Of a stretch of DNA of 60,233 nt, positions 1-8,143 are shown one piece after another (position 1 is the first letter of the stretch; the number at the start of each line of letters is the position of its first letter). The position numbers and the translations under genes were made by a program. The stretch comes from a virus (Duplodnaviria > Caudoviricetes). The notes beneath the pieces are model-generated. The model ran no database searches. It had not been told where the DNA came from and saw nothing but the letters and a program-made list of their open reading frames with translations. The stretch is taken from IMG/VR virus record IMGVR_UViG_3300009428_000008, positions 1 through 60,233 of that record. The stretch is one strand, 5' to 3'.

Positions 1-13
1 AAAAATAAGAGTT

Positions 14-346
14 ATGTTAAATAAACAAAAAGTACAAGAATTTAGAACGGAATTTGAAAAAGCAGTTAAACAATTAGAGGAAGATTTTGGTGTAGCTATT
101 TCATTAGGTACAATTTCATTTAACGCCGATGAATTAAGAACTAAAATGACAGCTAGAGTAGGAAAAACGCAACCTCGATTATCAGCGGCAGATTTTTCAG
201 TTGGTGATGTAGTATTTATTAATCATAAAAAAATTGCTAATACTAGAACATTTGAAATCTTAAAGATTAATAATAAAAATGTTAAGGTTAGAGATAGAAA
301 TGATAATTCATTACTTACAGTTTCACCTTCATTATTAAGTAAATAA
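14..346 (+). CDS. hypothetical protein with C-terminal SH3/KOW-like barrel
   Basis: 110-aa ORF; FSVGDVVFI...FEILKINNKNVKV pattern typical of SH3-like folds; GAGTTATG start context. Confidence 0.6.
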   Translation: MLNKQKVQEFRTEFEKAVKQLEEDFGVAISLGTISFNADELRTKMTARVGKTQPRLSAADFSVGDVVFINHKKIANTRTFEILKINNKNVKVRDRNDNSLLTVSPSLLSK

Positions 347-366
347 AAAGGCTTCCGGTAAATCGC

Positions 367-395
367 TTGGAGGAGCCAAGAAGCATTCGTATATT
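367..395 (+). promoter_or_regulatory. Bacteroidota-type (-33/-7) early promoter
   Basis: TTGG(367-370)-N17-CGTATATT(388-395); same spacing recurs at many sites. Confidence 0.7.
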
Positions 396-440
396 GACGG
401 TGCAATAAGAAAGTAATATTAATTAAAATAAATAAAAGTT

Positions 441-1274
441 ATGAGTCAAGATTTAATAGTAAACCCGTTAGAATTATCGCAAACAGCAAAATATCTAACA
501 AAAGAAATGATTAGGAATATGGCACCATCAGTATTTGCAATGAAGCCTTCAAGTGAAGTTTCAGAAAAATACACACACATTCCAACAGAAAGAGTAATTG
601 ATGATATGGAGTTATTAGGTTGGAAGCCAATTGAAGCTAAGCAGGTTCAAGCTCGTAAAGACTCTACAAAAGGATTTCAAAAACATTTACTAGTATTTAG
701 AAATAATGATGTTGTTATTAATGGTGAAGATGGTGATGTAGTTTACCCACAAATTATGCTTACAAATTCTCATGATGGGAAGAATTCATTTCAATTTCAA
801 GCAGGATTATATAGAATGATTTGCTCTAATGGATTAGTTATTGCAGATGAGTGCTTTGAAGATGTTAAAATGCGCCATATGGGTTATACATTTGAAGATT
901 TACAAATATTAATTAAAGATATGGTTGAAAAGCTACCACTAACGGTTGAATCTATGAATAAGATGAAAGCTATGGAGATGGAGCAAGAGCAAATATTATC
1001 ATTTGCTAAAGCAGCATTAAATACAAGATTTACGAAGAAGGAAATGAAGCGCATTGAGGTGGATTTAGATGAGTTAGTTTCTCCGGTTAGAAAAGAAGAC
1101 ACAGGAAAAGATCTTTGGTCGGTGTTTAATGTAGTTCAAGAAAAACTAATTGAAGGTGATTTTCAATATAGAGCAGGTGGAAAAGTTAGACAAGCTCGTG
1201 TTATAAAAAACTTCAAGCAAGATATGATTATCAATAAAAAATTGTTTAATGTAGCTTTGGAATATGCCTCATAA
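441..1274 (+). CDS. DUF932 family protein
   Basis: Motif LTNSHDG..SFQFQAGLYRMICSNGL and C-terminal LWSVFNVVQE. Confidence 0.85.
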   Translation: MSQDLIVNPLELSQTAKYLTKEMIRNMAPSVFAMKPSSEVSEKYTHIPTERVIDDMELLGWKPIEAKQVQARKDSTKGFQKHLLVFRNNDVVINGEDGDVVYPQIMLTNSHDGKNSFQFQAGLYRMICSNGLVIADECFEDVKMRHMGYTFEDLQILIKDMVEKLPLTVESMNKMKAMEMEQEQILSFAKAALNTRFTKKEMKRIEVDLDELVSPVRKEDTGKDLWSVFNVVQEKLIEGDFQYRAGGKVRQARVIKNFKQDMIINKKLFNVALEYAS

Positions 1275-1665
1275 AAATATAGTTTGGATGAATGGATCGT
1301 TTGATGTGCTTCATATTGGGCACATCAAACTTCTTCAAAGAGCAAGACAGATGGGCTTGCCGGTAATGATTGGAATTGGAACGGATGATTACTATCAGTC
1401 GGGTGAGAATGCTAATTCTAATCCACCCATAACTCCCCTAAAGGACAGGATTGAATTCCTAAAATCAATTAAATATATTGATGCAGTAGCAGCTTACGCT
1501 ACGGATGATGAGCTACTTACCGTAATTGCTGCTCACTCTCCTCGATATATGATGATTGCAGATGATTTGGGTGTTGGCTTTGAAGGACTTAAGGATGAAA
1601 TAATTGCTTCAAAAGGAGTTAAGGAAATAATTTATACTAAAGTTAATGGAACCCACAAAACGTGA
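1264..1665 (+). CDS. cytidylyltransferase-like (HIGH) nucleotidyltransferase, TagD/RfaE-C type
   Basis: NGSFDVLHIGHIKLL, IGIGTD, DRIEFLKSIKYID. Confidence 0.85.
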   Translation: MPHKNIVWMNGSFDVLHIGHIKLLQRARQMGLPVMIGIGTDDYYQSGENANSNPPITPLKDRIEFLKSIKYIDAVAAYATDDELLTVIAAHSPRYMMIADDLGVGFEGLKDEIIASKGVKEIIYTKVNGTHKT

Positions 1666-1674
1666 TATTTATAA
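1665..1674 (+). promoter_or_regulatory. putative late promoter ATATTTATAA
   Basis: Exact 10-mer 15 nt upstream of the ATG at 1690; recurs before many structural genes. Confidence 0.6.
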
Positions 1675-1689
1675 CTAAATCATAATACA

Positions 1690-2055
1690 ATGCCAACATA
1701 TCCCAGCTCATCATTAAATGGAAGTGGATCCATAGGTACGTCAGCAATGACGGCCGGAGTAACCTACACGTTTGAATTAGAAAATACACCGACGACAATT
1801 GGCTCGGTTGCTTACTTCACACTGGAGGCTAACTCAACTGCAAATCAAAATCTCACCGTACAAACCCCAATTGAGGGTGCCTTTGGCTCATTTCCTTCTT
1901 TCATTCGACCACATTCATTGGTAACTTCTTCATTTAATTTTTCCCTTTCTGTTAGTGAAACGGGAGGTGCATTTGAATTTACCCCAACACAAACAATTCC
2001 GGCAAATACTTACTATATTAAAACAACTGGGCGAATAGGATTGCAACTGTCATAA
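1690..2055 (+). CDS. hypothetical S/T/G-rich beta protein, probably virion-associated
   Basis: 121-aa ORF, late motif upstream, SGS/TSS/SSS motifs as in the tail proteins. Confidence 0.5.
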   Translation: MPTYPSSSLNGSGSIGTSAMTAGVTYTFELENTPTTIGSVAYFTLEANSTANQNLTVQTPIEGAFGSFPSFIRPHSLVTSSFNFSLSVSETGGAFEFTPTQTIPANTYYIKTTGRIGLQLS

Positions 2056-2125
2056 TATATACGTATGTATAGATGCTATAATGTTAAAAGGAGAAGTTTC
2101 GAGATCCCTCTATTAAATAAAAATT

Positions 2126-2545
2126 ATGAAATACTTTAAAAAAATACAAGAAACTCTACTATATTATGATTTTCAACCTCTGTTGTTTTTTTGGATTTTT
2201 AGTGATATTTTAAATAATCAAGTTCTATGGACTAGTTTATCTTATTGGGAAGTTGCGGGTCAACCTTATACTTATTGGTTGTATTTTACTTATCTTATTG
2301 TTAGTATATCTATGATGGTATTTATACATAACATTAAATGGTTATCACGATTTGTTTCCGTTTATCTTACGCTTTATTTATTTTCAACAATAAGGTATTT
2401 AGTAAACATTTTTAATAATGATGAAATTTTTGATGTTACGGATTTTAAAAACATTTTAATAACTTGTTTTTATGCTTTTATGTGGGGTTGGATACTATTT
2501 AAGCTTAAAAAAGAATTATTACATAAGACATTAAACAATGAATGA
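2126..2545 (+). CDS. integral membrane protein (about 4 TM helices)
   Basis: Several long hydrophobic/aromatic segments. Confidence 0.65.
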   Translation: MKYFKKIQETLLYYDFQPLLFFWIFSDILNNQVLWTSLSYWEVAGQPYTYWLYFTYLIVSISMMVFIHNIKWLSRFVSVYLTLYLFSTIRYLVNIFNNDEIFDVTDFKNILITCFYAFMWGWILFKLKKELLHKTLNNE

Positions 2546-2846
2546 AAACTTAACAACTATAATAATTACCTTTTTAACAGTTGTCACAGGAGCAGGTGCT
2601 TGGAAGTTTTATGAATTTATGGTACGTAATAGACGTGAAAAAGAAAAAGAAGTATTAACAGAGCAAACCGTCTATAGAGATGATCTTAAAAAAAGAGTTG
2701 AAATACTAGAAAGGGATAAAGATGATTATCAAAGAACAATATTAGACATGAGTACCCAGCTAGCAGCAATTAATGTTAAAGTTGAGTTTTTACAAAAAGA
2801 AAATGAACGTTTGAATTGGACTGTTAAAAACGGAAAAGGTTACTAA
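2538..2846 (+). CDS. N-terminally anchored coiled-coil protein (possible holin/lysis accessory)
   Basis: TM segment TTIIITFLTVVTGAGAW followed by a heptad-rich charged region; overlaps the upstream membrane gene. Confidence 0.5.
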   Translation: MNENLTTIIITFLTVVTGAGAWKFYEFMVRNRREKEKEVLTEQTVYRDDLKKRVEILERDKDDYQRTILDMSTQLAAINVKVEFLQKENERLNWTVKNGKGY

Positions 2847-2847
2847 T

Positions 2848-3039
2848 ATGGGACATAAGGTATTTATTCGTCACACATATATTTATAAATGCTCAGATAA
2901 AAAATGTGAGGGAGAATGGAAAATAAATGAAGCCGATAAGATTGAAAAATTAAGATGTCCACACTGTGGAAAACAAGATGTTGTAGAATATGTTTTTGTT
3001 GATCAGAGAGAAAAGTACATTAAAAAATGGGGTAATTAA
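2848..3039 (+). CDS. small zinc-ribbon protein
   Basis: CSDKKC...CPHCG. Confidence 0.6.
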   Translation: MGHKVFIRHTYIYKCSDKKCEGEWKINEADKIEKLRCPHCGKQDVVEYVFVDQREKYIKKWGN

Positions 3040-3057
3040 AAATACCCACAAAAATGG

Positions 3058-3086
3058 TTGGTTTCCCAAATAATTATTCGTATATT
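3058..3086 (+). promoter_or_regulatory. early promoter
   Basis: TTGG(3058)-N17-CGTATATT(3079). Confidence 0.7.
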
Positions 3087-3126
3087 TATCGAGTAAATAA
3101 GATTGTTTAATTAAAAAATAAAGGTT

Positions 3127-4023
3127 ATGAATTTAGGATACGCTTGCATCAACACTGCACTAAGTGCCAACAAAATTATGACAAATCGTACAATGCGTCG
3201 AAAAACATTCGATGCCCAAGGTATTGATTATGTCTCGGATCTAGCATTACTTAATGTTAAAGATCTTAAAACTATTGTTCAATGGAACAATGAAATGAAA
3301 ATTAAATTATTTAGATTATCTAGTCAAATATTTCCATGGTCTGATGAGTATGATGTTAAAACTCTTAAAGATTATAAGGAAATATCTAAAATAATGTTAG
3401 AGGTAGGTAGAATTGCTAAAGATGGAGGTCAACGTCTTACCATGCACCCAGGTCCTTATAATTGCTTAGCATCACCAACACAGAAGGTAGTCGATAAAAC
3501 TGTTCGTGAATTAAATTTCCATAGCGAACAATTCAATATGATGGGATATGATCCTTCCCCTTACAATAAAATTAACATTCATGTTGGAGGCGCATATGGT
3601 GATAAAAAATTAACATTGGCGCGTTTTGTGCGGAATTTTAGTTTATTGAGTAACGACGCTAAAAAACGCTTAGTTATTGAAAATGATGACAGTCCCAACG
3701 AATATTCTGTTAAAGATTTATTTGATGGTATTTTCCAAAATATAGGTATTCCAATTACATTTGATTATTTCCACCATAAATTTAATACTGGTGATCTTAC
3801 TGAAGAGCAAGCTTTAAAAATGGCATCTATTACATGGCCTGAGGGAATTGCTCAATGTTGTCATTATTCTGAAAGTAGAAGGAAAGAAATGTTAGATGAA
3901 TCCATAAGACCTCAAGCCCACTCAGATTTAATTTATGAAAAGATTCAAACTTATGGACTTGAACCTGATATTGTTATTGAAGCTAAAATGAAAGAACAAG
4001 CAATTTTCAAAAGACCAATATAA
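3127..4023 (+). CDS. uvsE: UV damage repair endonuclease UvsE/UvdE
   Basis: LGYACIN, FRLSS, RLTMHPG, INIHVGG, RLVIENDD, FDYFHH, HYSES, AHSD, IEAKMKE. Confidence 0.95.
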   Translation: MNLGYACINTALSANKIMTNRTMRRKTFDAQGIDYVSDLALLNVKDLKTIVQWNNEMKIKLFRLSSQIFPWSDEYDVKTLKDYKEISKIMLEVGRIAKDGGQRLTMHPGPYNCLASPTQKVVDKTVRELNFHSEQFNMMGYDPSPYNKINIHVGGAYGDKKLTLARFVRNFSLLSNDAKKRLVIENDDSPNEYSVKDLFDGIFQNIGIPITFDYFHHKFNTGDLTEEQALKMASITWPEGIAQCCHYSESRRKEMLDESIRPQAHSDLIYEKIQTYGLEPDIVIEAKMKEQAIFKRPI

Positions 4024-4024
4024 T

Positions 4025-4053
4025 TTGGATTTCTAATAATCTATTCGTATATT
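4025..4053 (+). promoter_or_regulatory. early promoter
   Basis: TTGG(4025)-N17-CGTATATT(4046). Confidence 0.7.
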
Positions 4054-4073
4054 ATAGTAAATAAATAAAAGTT

Positions 4074-4271
4074 ATGAACACAGTTAAAAATGAATTCCTA
4101 TTAAACGCAACAACTAACGATATGTTAGAGTTTGCCCAATTAGTTGGGAAAGTTGAAAATTCAGGGTTATTAGTAGAAATAATCCATACATCCTTAAAAG
4201 AAATTAAAAACAACCCAAAGACCTCTCCTTTACTTGCTTTACAAATTGCAGTTGAGGATTGGGATTTATAA
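4074..4271 (+). CDS. hypothetical protein
   Basis: 65-aa ORF after a promoter, AAAAGTTATG start. Confidence 0.65.
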   Translation: MNTVKNEFLLNATTNDMLEFAQLVGKVENSGLLVEIIHTSLKEIKNNPKTSPLLALQIAVEDWDL

Positions 4272-4281
4272 AAAAAAAGTT

Positions 4282-4455
4282 ATGAATATTACAAAAGAAC
4301 AAGAAGAATCAAGTACACCCATTACTCAAGAAGAAATGACTGCTAATTATGATGGATGGTGGAATAGTTTAACAGATAAAGACAAAGAAAAATTATTTGA
4401 AGAACAAGAACAAGCAGAAAAACACTTTAACAATCTTCCTACCTCTAAAAAATAA
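4282..4455 (+). CDS. hypothetical protein (start revised to ATG 4282)
   Basis: AAAAGTTATG start context; MNITKEQEE...WWNSLTDKDKE. Confidence 0.55.
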   Translation: MNITKEQEESSTPITQEEMTANYDGWWNSLTDKDKEKLFEEQEQAEKHFNNLPTSKK

Positions 4456-4461
4456 ACTAAT

Positions 4462-4550
4462 GCCGCTGTGGTGGAATTGGTAGACACGAGGGACTTAAAA
4501 TCCCTTGGACAGATATGTCCGTGACGGTTCGAGCCCGTCCAGCGGTACCA
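4462..4550 (+). tRNA. tRNA-Leu(UAA), CCA encoded
   Basis: Acceptor GCCGCTG/CAGCGGT, D-loop GGAATTGGTAGAC, anticodon arm AGGGA-CTTAAAA-TCCCT, long variable arm, GGTTCGAGCCC T-arm, 3' ACCA. Confidence 0.95.
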
Positions 4551-4575
4551 ACCCCCAAAATGTTGTTTGACTTAC

Positions 4576-4649
4576 GGACCAATAGCTCAGATGGATAGAG
4601 CATCGCCCTTCTAAGGCGACGGTCAAAGGTTCGAGTCCTTTTTGGTTCA
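4576..4649 (+). tRNA. tRNA-Arg(UCU)
   Basis: Acceptor GGACCAA/TTGGTTC, D-arm GCTC-AGATGGATA-GAGC, anticodon arm TCGCC-CTTCTAA-GGCGA, T-arm AAAGG-TTCGAGT-CCTTT. Confidence 0.93.
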
Positions 4650-4655
4650 CTACAC

Positions 4656-4732
4656 AGGTATGTATCTCCTCAAGCTTATATCTTGTAGAAAGAGTAATTG
4701 GTTACATAAGAGTTCGAGTCTCTTCTTACCTA
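4656..4732 (+). ncRNA. tRNA-like RNA with non-canonical arm order (UAU loop)
   Basis: Acceptor AGGTATG/CTTACCT; perfect T-arm AAGAG-TTCGAGT-CTCTT; hairpin CAAG-CTTATAT-CTTG directly after the acceptor; D-loop-like GTAA-TTGG-TTAC after that hairpin. Confidence 0.6.
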
Positions 4733-4747
4733 CATCTACACACTACA

Positions 4748-4782
4748 TGCGTTTTAAGCGCAATTTTATGCGTTTTAACGCA
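4748..4782. repeat. tandem pair of imperfect palindromes TGCGTTTTAA(G)CGCA
   Basis: Copies at 4748-4762 and 4769-4782, 21 bp apart. Confidence 0.7.
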
Positions 4783-4861
4783 CCAACCCCCCACGATCAC
4801 CACAATCATCCACTATAGTATTTAACAATATTGTACGTGGATTTTTTTATTTATAGATTAT

Positions 4862-4890
4862 TTGGATTATTAGTATTTATAACATATATT
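4862..4890 (+). promoter_or_regulatory. early promoter variant
   Basis: TTGG(4862)-N17-CATATATT(4883). Confidence 0.5.
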
Positions 4891-4920
4891 ACATGGTTTA
4901 AACAATTAATTTTATAATAA

Positions 4921-5103
4921 ATGGGACACTACGAAGATGTTATTTATTTTGTATATGAAGAAGTTGAAAGGTTAGGATTAAAAGATGAATTTTCTAAAGA
5001 AATGAAGAAGATGAATAATCAAACCAAACATAAATATAAAAGCATGAATGAAAAGTATGAGTATGCTCTTCATAAAATTAAATATGGGGAGAAATATAAA
5101 TAA
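4921..5103 (+). CDS. hypothetical protein
   Basis: 60-aa ORF, TAATG coupling to the next gene. Confidence 0.6.
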   Translation: MGHYEDVIYFVYEEVERLGLKDEFSKEMKKMNNQTKHKYKSMNEKYEYALHKIKYGEKYK

Positions 5104-5531
5104 TGATTGATGTTAATGACATATTTAGCTTATTCCCTAATAGTGGGAGTAAAAAAGAAGAAGTAATTGAGGATATTGTTGAAATAACATCCTCCCCAAA
5201 ATACTGGTTAGGTATGCATAAAAAACTAGTACTTAATCATATCAATTTTAAAAAGAAGGCACTTAAATTTTTTAAAGAATCTAATCATGAATTAGATATT
5301 GAAGATGTTAAAAAAGCTGGAGAGTTTGTTGCTTATAACAAAGCTTGGTATTACATTAAAAAAATTGATATGAGTAATGAAAATCATATTTTAAATATAA
5401 TTGAATATGGTGATGATATTCTAGAAACTTCTTTAGAACTATCAATCAAATACTTCCAGGACATTGAGGAGTATGAAAAGTGCGCCCATTTATTAAAAAT
5501 ACTAAAAAAATCTCAAGAATTCCACCTCTAA
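5103..5531 (+). CDS. hypothetical protein with C-terminal UVR-like helical hairpin
   Basis: YFQDIEEYEKCAHLLKI resembles the UvrB/UvrC (UVR) motif. Confidence 0.6.
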   Translation: MIDVNDIFSLFPNSGSKKEEVIEDIVEITSSPKYWLGMHKKLVLNHINFKKKALKFFKESNHELDIEDVKKAGEFVAYNKAWYYIKKIDMSNENHILNIIEYGDDILETSLELSIKYFQDIEEYEKCAHLLKILKKSQEFHL

Positions 5532-5533
5532 AC

Positions 5534-5562
5534 TTGGATATTAAAAAAACTTTGGGTACCTT
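5534..5562 (+). promoter_or_regulatory. early promoter variant upstream of a G-rich leader
   Basis: TTGG(5534)-N17-GGTACCTT(5555). Confidence 0.45.
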
Positions 5563-5683
5563 GGAGGTACAGGTTTTAAAGATATTTAGGAAAATATGAG
5601 GATTAAGAGATTATGATGATAGGTAGGATGGGTGGTGGAGTTATTGTATATTGGGGTAATATATAAAATAAATACAAAACATT

Positions 5684-5878
5684 ATGGCATTTAGAAACAA
5701 AGAATTGGTTGACAGAGGATTTACAAACATTAAATCCCAGGTTAAAACTCTAGATCTTACAGTAGCTCGTGGAGGGGGAAGTATAGAGGATTTTAGAAAA
5801 GAGATAAAAAGATTATATAATAAAATTGAAGATTTAGAAACTCTAGTTGAAAGAGAATCATCACATATTAACGGATAA
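5684..5878 (+). CDS. hypothetical helical protein
   Basis: 64-aa ORF with A-rich leader. Confidence 0.65.
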   Translation: MAFRNKELVDRGFTNIKSQVKTLDLTVARGGGSIEDFRKEIKRLYNKIEDLETLVERESSHING

Positions 5879-5893
5879 TACAAAATAAAAGTT

Positions 5894-6667
5894 ATGAAGC
5901 TAACAGCAGAACAAATCCAAATGAATTGGGTAGAATTTCTATCTAATATTGAAACTTATATAACAGGTAAGCGTAAAAAACAATTACTTGATTTTTATAA
6001 CAAGTATGGAGAGAGAATTATGATGATGCCCGCATCTCATAAAAAAGAATACCATTCTGCATTCCCAGGTGGTTATGTAGATCATGTTAATAGAGTTGTT
6101 AAAGCATCTTTATCTATGTCAGGTCTTTGGGAAGGTTTTGGTTGTGATATGACTACATTTACTACTGAAGAGTTAGTATTTTCAGCAATCAATCATGATT
6201 TAGGTAAAATCGGTGATAATGAACATGAAGCTTATATACCCCAAACAGATAAATGGAGAAAGGATAAGTTAGGTGAAGATTATACATTTAATAAAAAATT
6301 AGCTTTCGCATCAGTTCCAGATCGTGGTTTATTTCTTCTTCAAGAACATGGCATATCATATACATTTAATGAGATGATTGGTATCCAAACACATGATGGT
6401 TTGTACGACTCAGCAAATGATAAATATTTAAAAGGGTGGATGCCAGAGCAAAAACCACGTACTTCTCTTCCATTTATTTTACATCAGGCCGATATGTTAG
6501 CAGCTAGGATTGAATTTGAGGTTGAATGGTTACCTAAATTTAAAAATAATGTGGATACCTCAAACTCAAATTTTACATTGAATAATAATAAAAAATCATC
6601 AGTTAAAAATAAAGCATTAAGTTCTATTCAAAGTGAAGGTTTAAAAAATATATTTGATAAATTATGA
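5894..6667 (+). CDS. HD-domain phosphohydrolase (YhaM-like HD region)
   Basis: PAS...YHSAFPGGYVDH, AINHDLGK, THDG, LHQADM. Confidence 0.9.
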   Translation: MKLTAEQIQMNWVEFLSNIETYITGKRKKQLLDFYNKYGERIMMMPASHKKEYHSAFPGGYVDHVNRVVKASLSMSGLWEGFGCDMTTFTTEELVFSAINHDLGKIGDNEHEAYIPQTDKWRKDKLGEDYTFNKKLAFASVPDRGLFLLQEHGISYTFNEMIGIQTHDGLYDSANDKYLKGWMPEQKPRTSLPFILHQADMLAARIEFEVEWLPKFKNNVDTSNSNFTLNNNKKSSVKNKALSSIQSEGLKNIFDKL

Positions 6668-6951
6668 TTTCATCAACTACAATAGTTATAACATTACTAG
6701 TAATAGCAGTTTTAATATTATTATTCACTACTTGGAATTTACTTAGAAAAAATGAATCTTCCGAAGATATAGTTGTTGGGTATCTTCAGTATTTAGATCA
6801 AATTTCAAGAGTAATAGAAGCATCAGATGAAAAATTAAAAAAAATAGATATTAAAGGTTCATTTTCATCAGATGATGAGGTAGGTTTTTTCTTTAAGCAA
6901 ATCAAACAAATCCAAGATATTCTTAATGAATTTAAATTAAAAAAATTATAG
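6664..6951 (+). CDS. single-TM membrane protein
   Basis: N-terminal hydrophobic helix; ATGA overlap with the HD gene. Confidence 0.7.
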   Translation: MISSTTIVITLLVIAVLILLFTTWNLLRKNESSEDIVVGYLQYLDQISRVIEASDEKLKKIDIKGSFSSDDEVGFFFKQIKQIQDILNEFKLKKL

Positions 6952-6957
6952 AAATTT

Positions 6958-7770
6958 ATGGATGACATAATAAGAAGGCATAAAGCCCAACCCCAAAAGA
7001 AAGTATACTTTTCAAAAGATACAGAAAATGCGATTGTTAGATACAATCGCTCTTCTGATCCCGAAGAAAGAAGTGACTTATATTCTGAATGGATACACTG
7101 GCCTTTTTACAAATTAACAGAAAATATTATCCATACTTTTAAATTTTACCATACTGATGGAGTTGATAATTTAGAAGATTTACAACATGAAATAATAACA
7201 TTTCTACTATCAAAAATTCATTTATTTAATCCTGAGAATGGAGCTAAAGCATACTCATATTTTGGCACTATAGTTAAACGTTGGCTTATTGTATATAATC
7301 AGAAAAACTATGGCAATAAAATAAAAAATATATCAATATCAGATCTAAACCATTATTCTCAATTAGATACAACTGATCCATCATTTATTTTATCATCATC
7401 AAGAATGGAAGATGTTAATAAAATTGAAGAAGAGGAAGAATTTAGTAATAGAGGACTTACAGAAAATAAACATCACAAATATGAGGATCGTTTATCATTA
7501 TTTATTGATCAATATGTTGAGTATTGTACAGATAGAATTTATACCCTCTTTCCAAAAGGTAACGATGCTTCTATTGCAGATGCAATTTTAGAATTATTTA
7601 GAAAAAGAGATAATATTGATGTTTTTAATAAAAAGGCACTTTATATTTACATTCGTGAGATGGTTGATGTTAAAACACCTAAAATTACTAAAATAGCAAA
7701 TAAGTTATATGGCATATTTAAAGAAAAATACTTATTTTATTTAGAACACGGTTATTTTCCTCCAAAATAG
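6958..7770 (+). CDS. phage sigma factor, T4 gp55-like late sigma
   Basis: Sigma region-2-like LEDLQHEIITFLLSKIHLFNPENGAKAYSYFGTIVKRWLI. Confidence 0.7.
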   Translation: MDDIIRRHKAQPQKKVYFSKDTENAIVRYNRSSDPEERSDLYSEWIHWPFYKLTENIIHTFKFYHTDGVDNLEDLQHEIITFLLSKIHLFNPENGAKAYSYFGTIVKRWLIVYNQKNYGNKIKNISISDLNHYSQLDTTDPSFILSSSRMEDVNKIEEEEEFSNRGLTENKHHKYEDRLSLFIDQYVEYCTDRIYTLFPKGNDASIADAILELFRKRDNIDVFNKKALYIYIREMVDVKTPKITKIANKLYGIFKEKYLFYLEHGYFPPK

Positions 7771-7782
7771 TTTTAAATTCAC

Positions 7783-7792
7783 ATATTTATAA
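7783..7792 (+). promoter_or_regulatory. putative late promoter ATATTTATAA
   Basis: Exact 10-mer 11 nt before ATG 7804, at the head of the baseplate block. Confidence 0.65.
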
Positions 7793-7803
7793 TCAAAAAC
7801 AAC

Positions 7804-8142
7804 ATGGGACAATTAGAATCATACGTTTTTGGTGATAAAAAATTTTCGGATTTACTTGAGGAAATTTATAATAACCAAAAAAGACGAGACGCTCAAGTAG
7901 TAGCACTTATATCAGAATTAAAACCTTTAGTTCAAGAAATAGGAGATGCTACTCTTATAGTACCACTTATTAAAGAATATATGGAGATTGGTGTTAAGAA
8001 TGATGATGCTTTAATTAAAATGGCTACAATAGTTCAGAGAGCACTTCAAAACGCAAGTGAGGATGGAGGGCTTGGAATTTCAGATGAAGAAAAAGAACAA
8101 CTTCTAGCAGAAATGGAAAAACTCCAAATAAAGGAAAAATAA
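7804..8142 (+). CDS. helical hypothetical protein (possible terminase small subunit)
   Basis: 112-aa all-helical ORF under a late motif; function inferred only from size and helicity. Confidence 0.35.
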   Translation: MGQLESYVFGDKKFSDLLEEIYNNQKRRDAQVVALISELKPLVQEIGDATLIVPLIKEYMEIGVKNDDALIKMATIVQRALQNASEDGGLGISDEEKEQLLAEMEKLQIKEK

Positions 8143-8143
8143 T

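Noticed and set aside
2879-2888. ATATTTATAA inside ORF 2848 as a promoter
   Set aside because: The next ATG (2889) is followed by a stop after three codons; likely a chance match, so it is not listed as a feature
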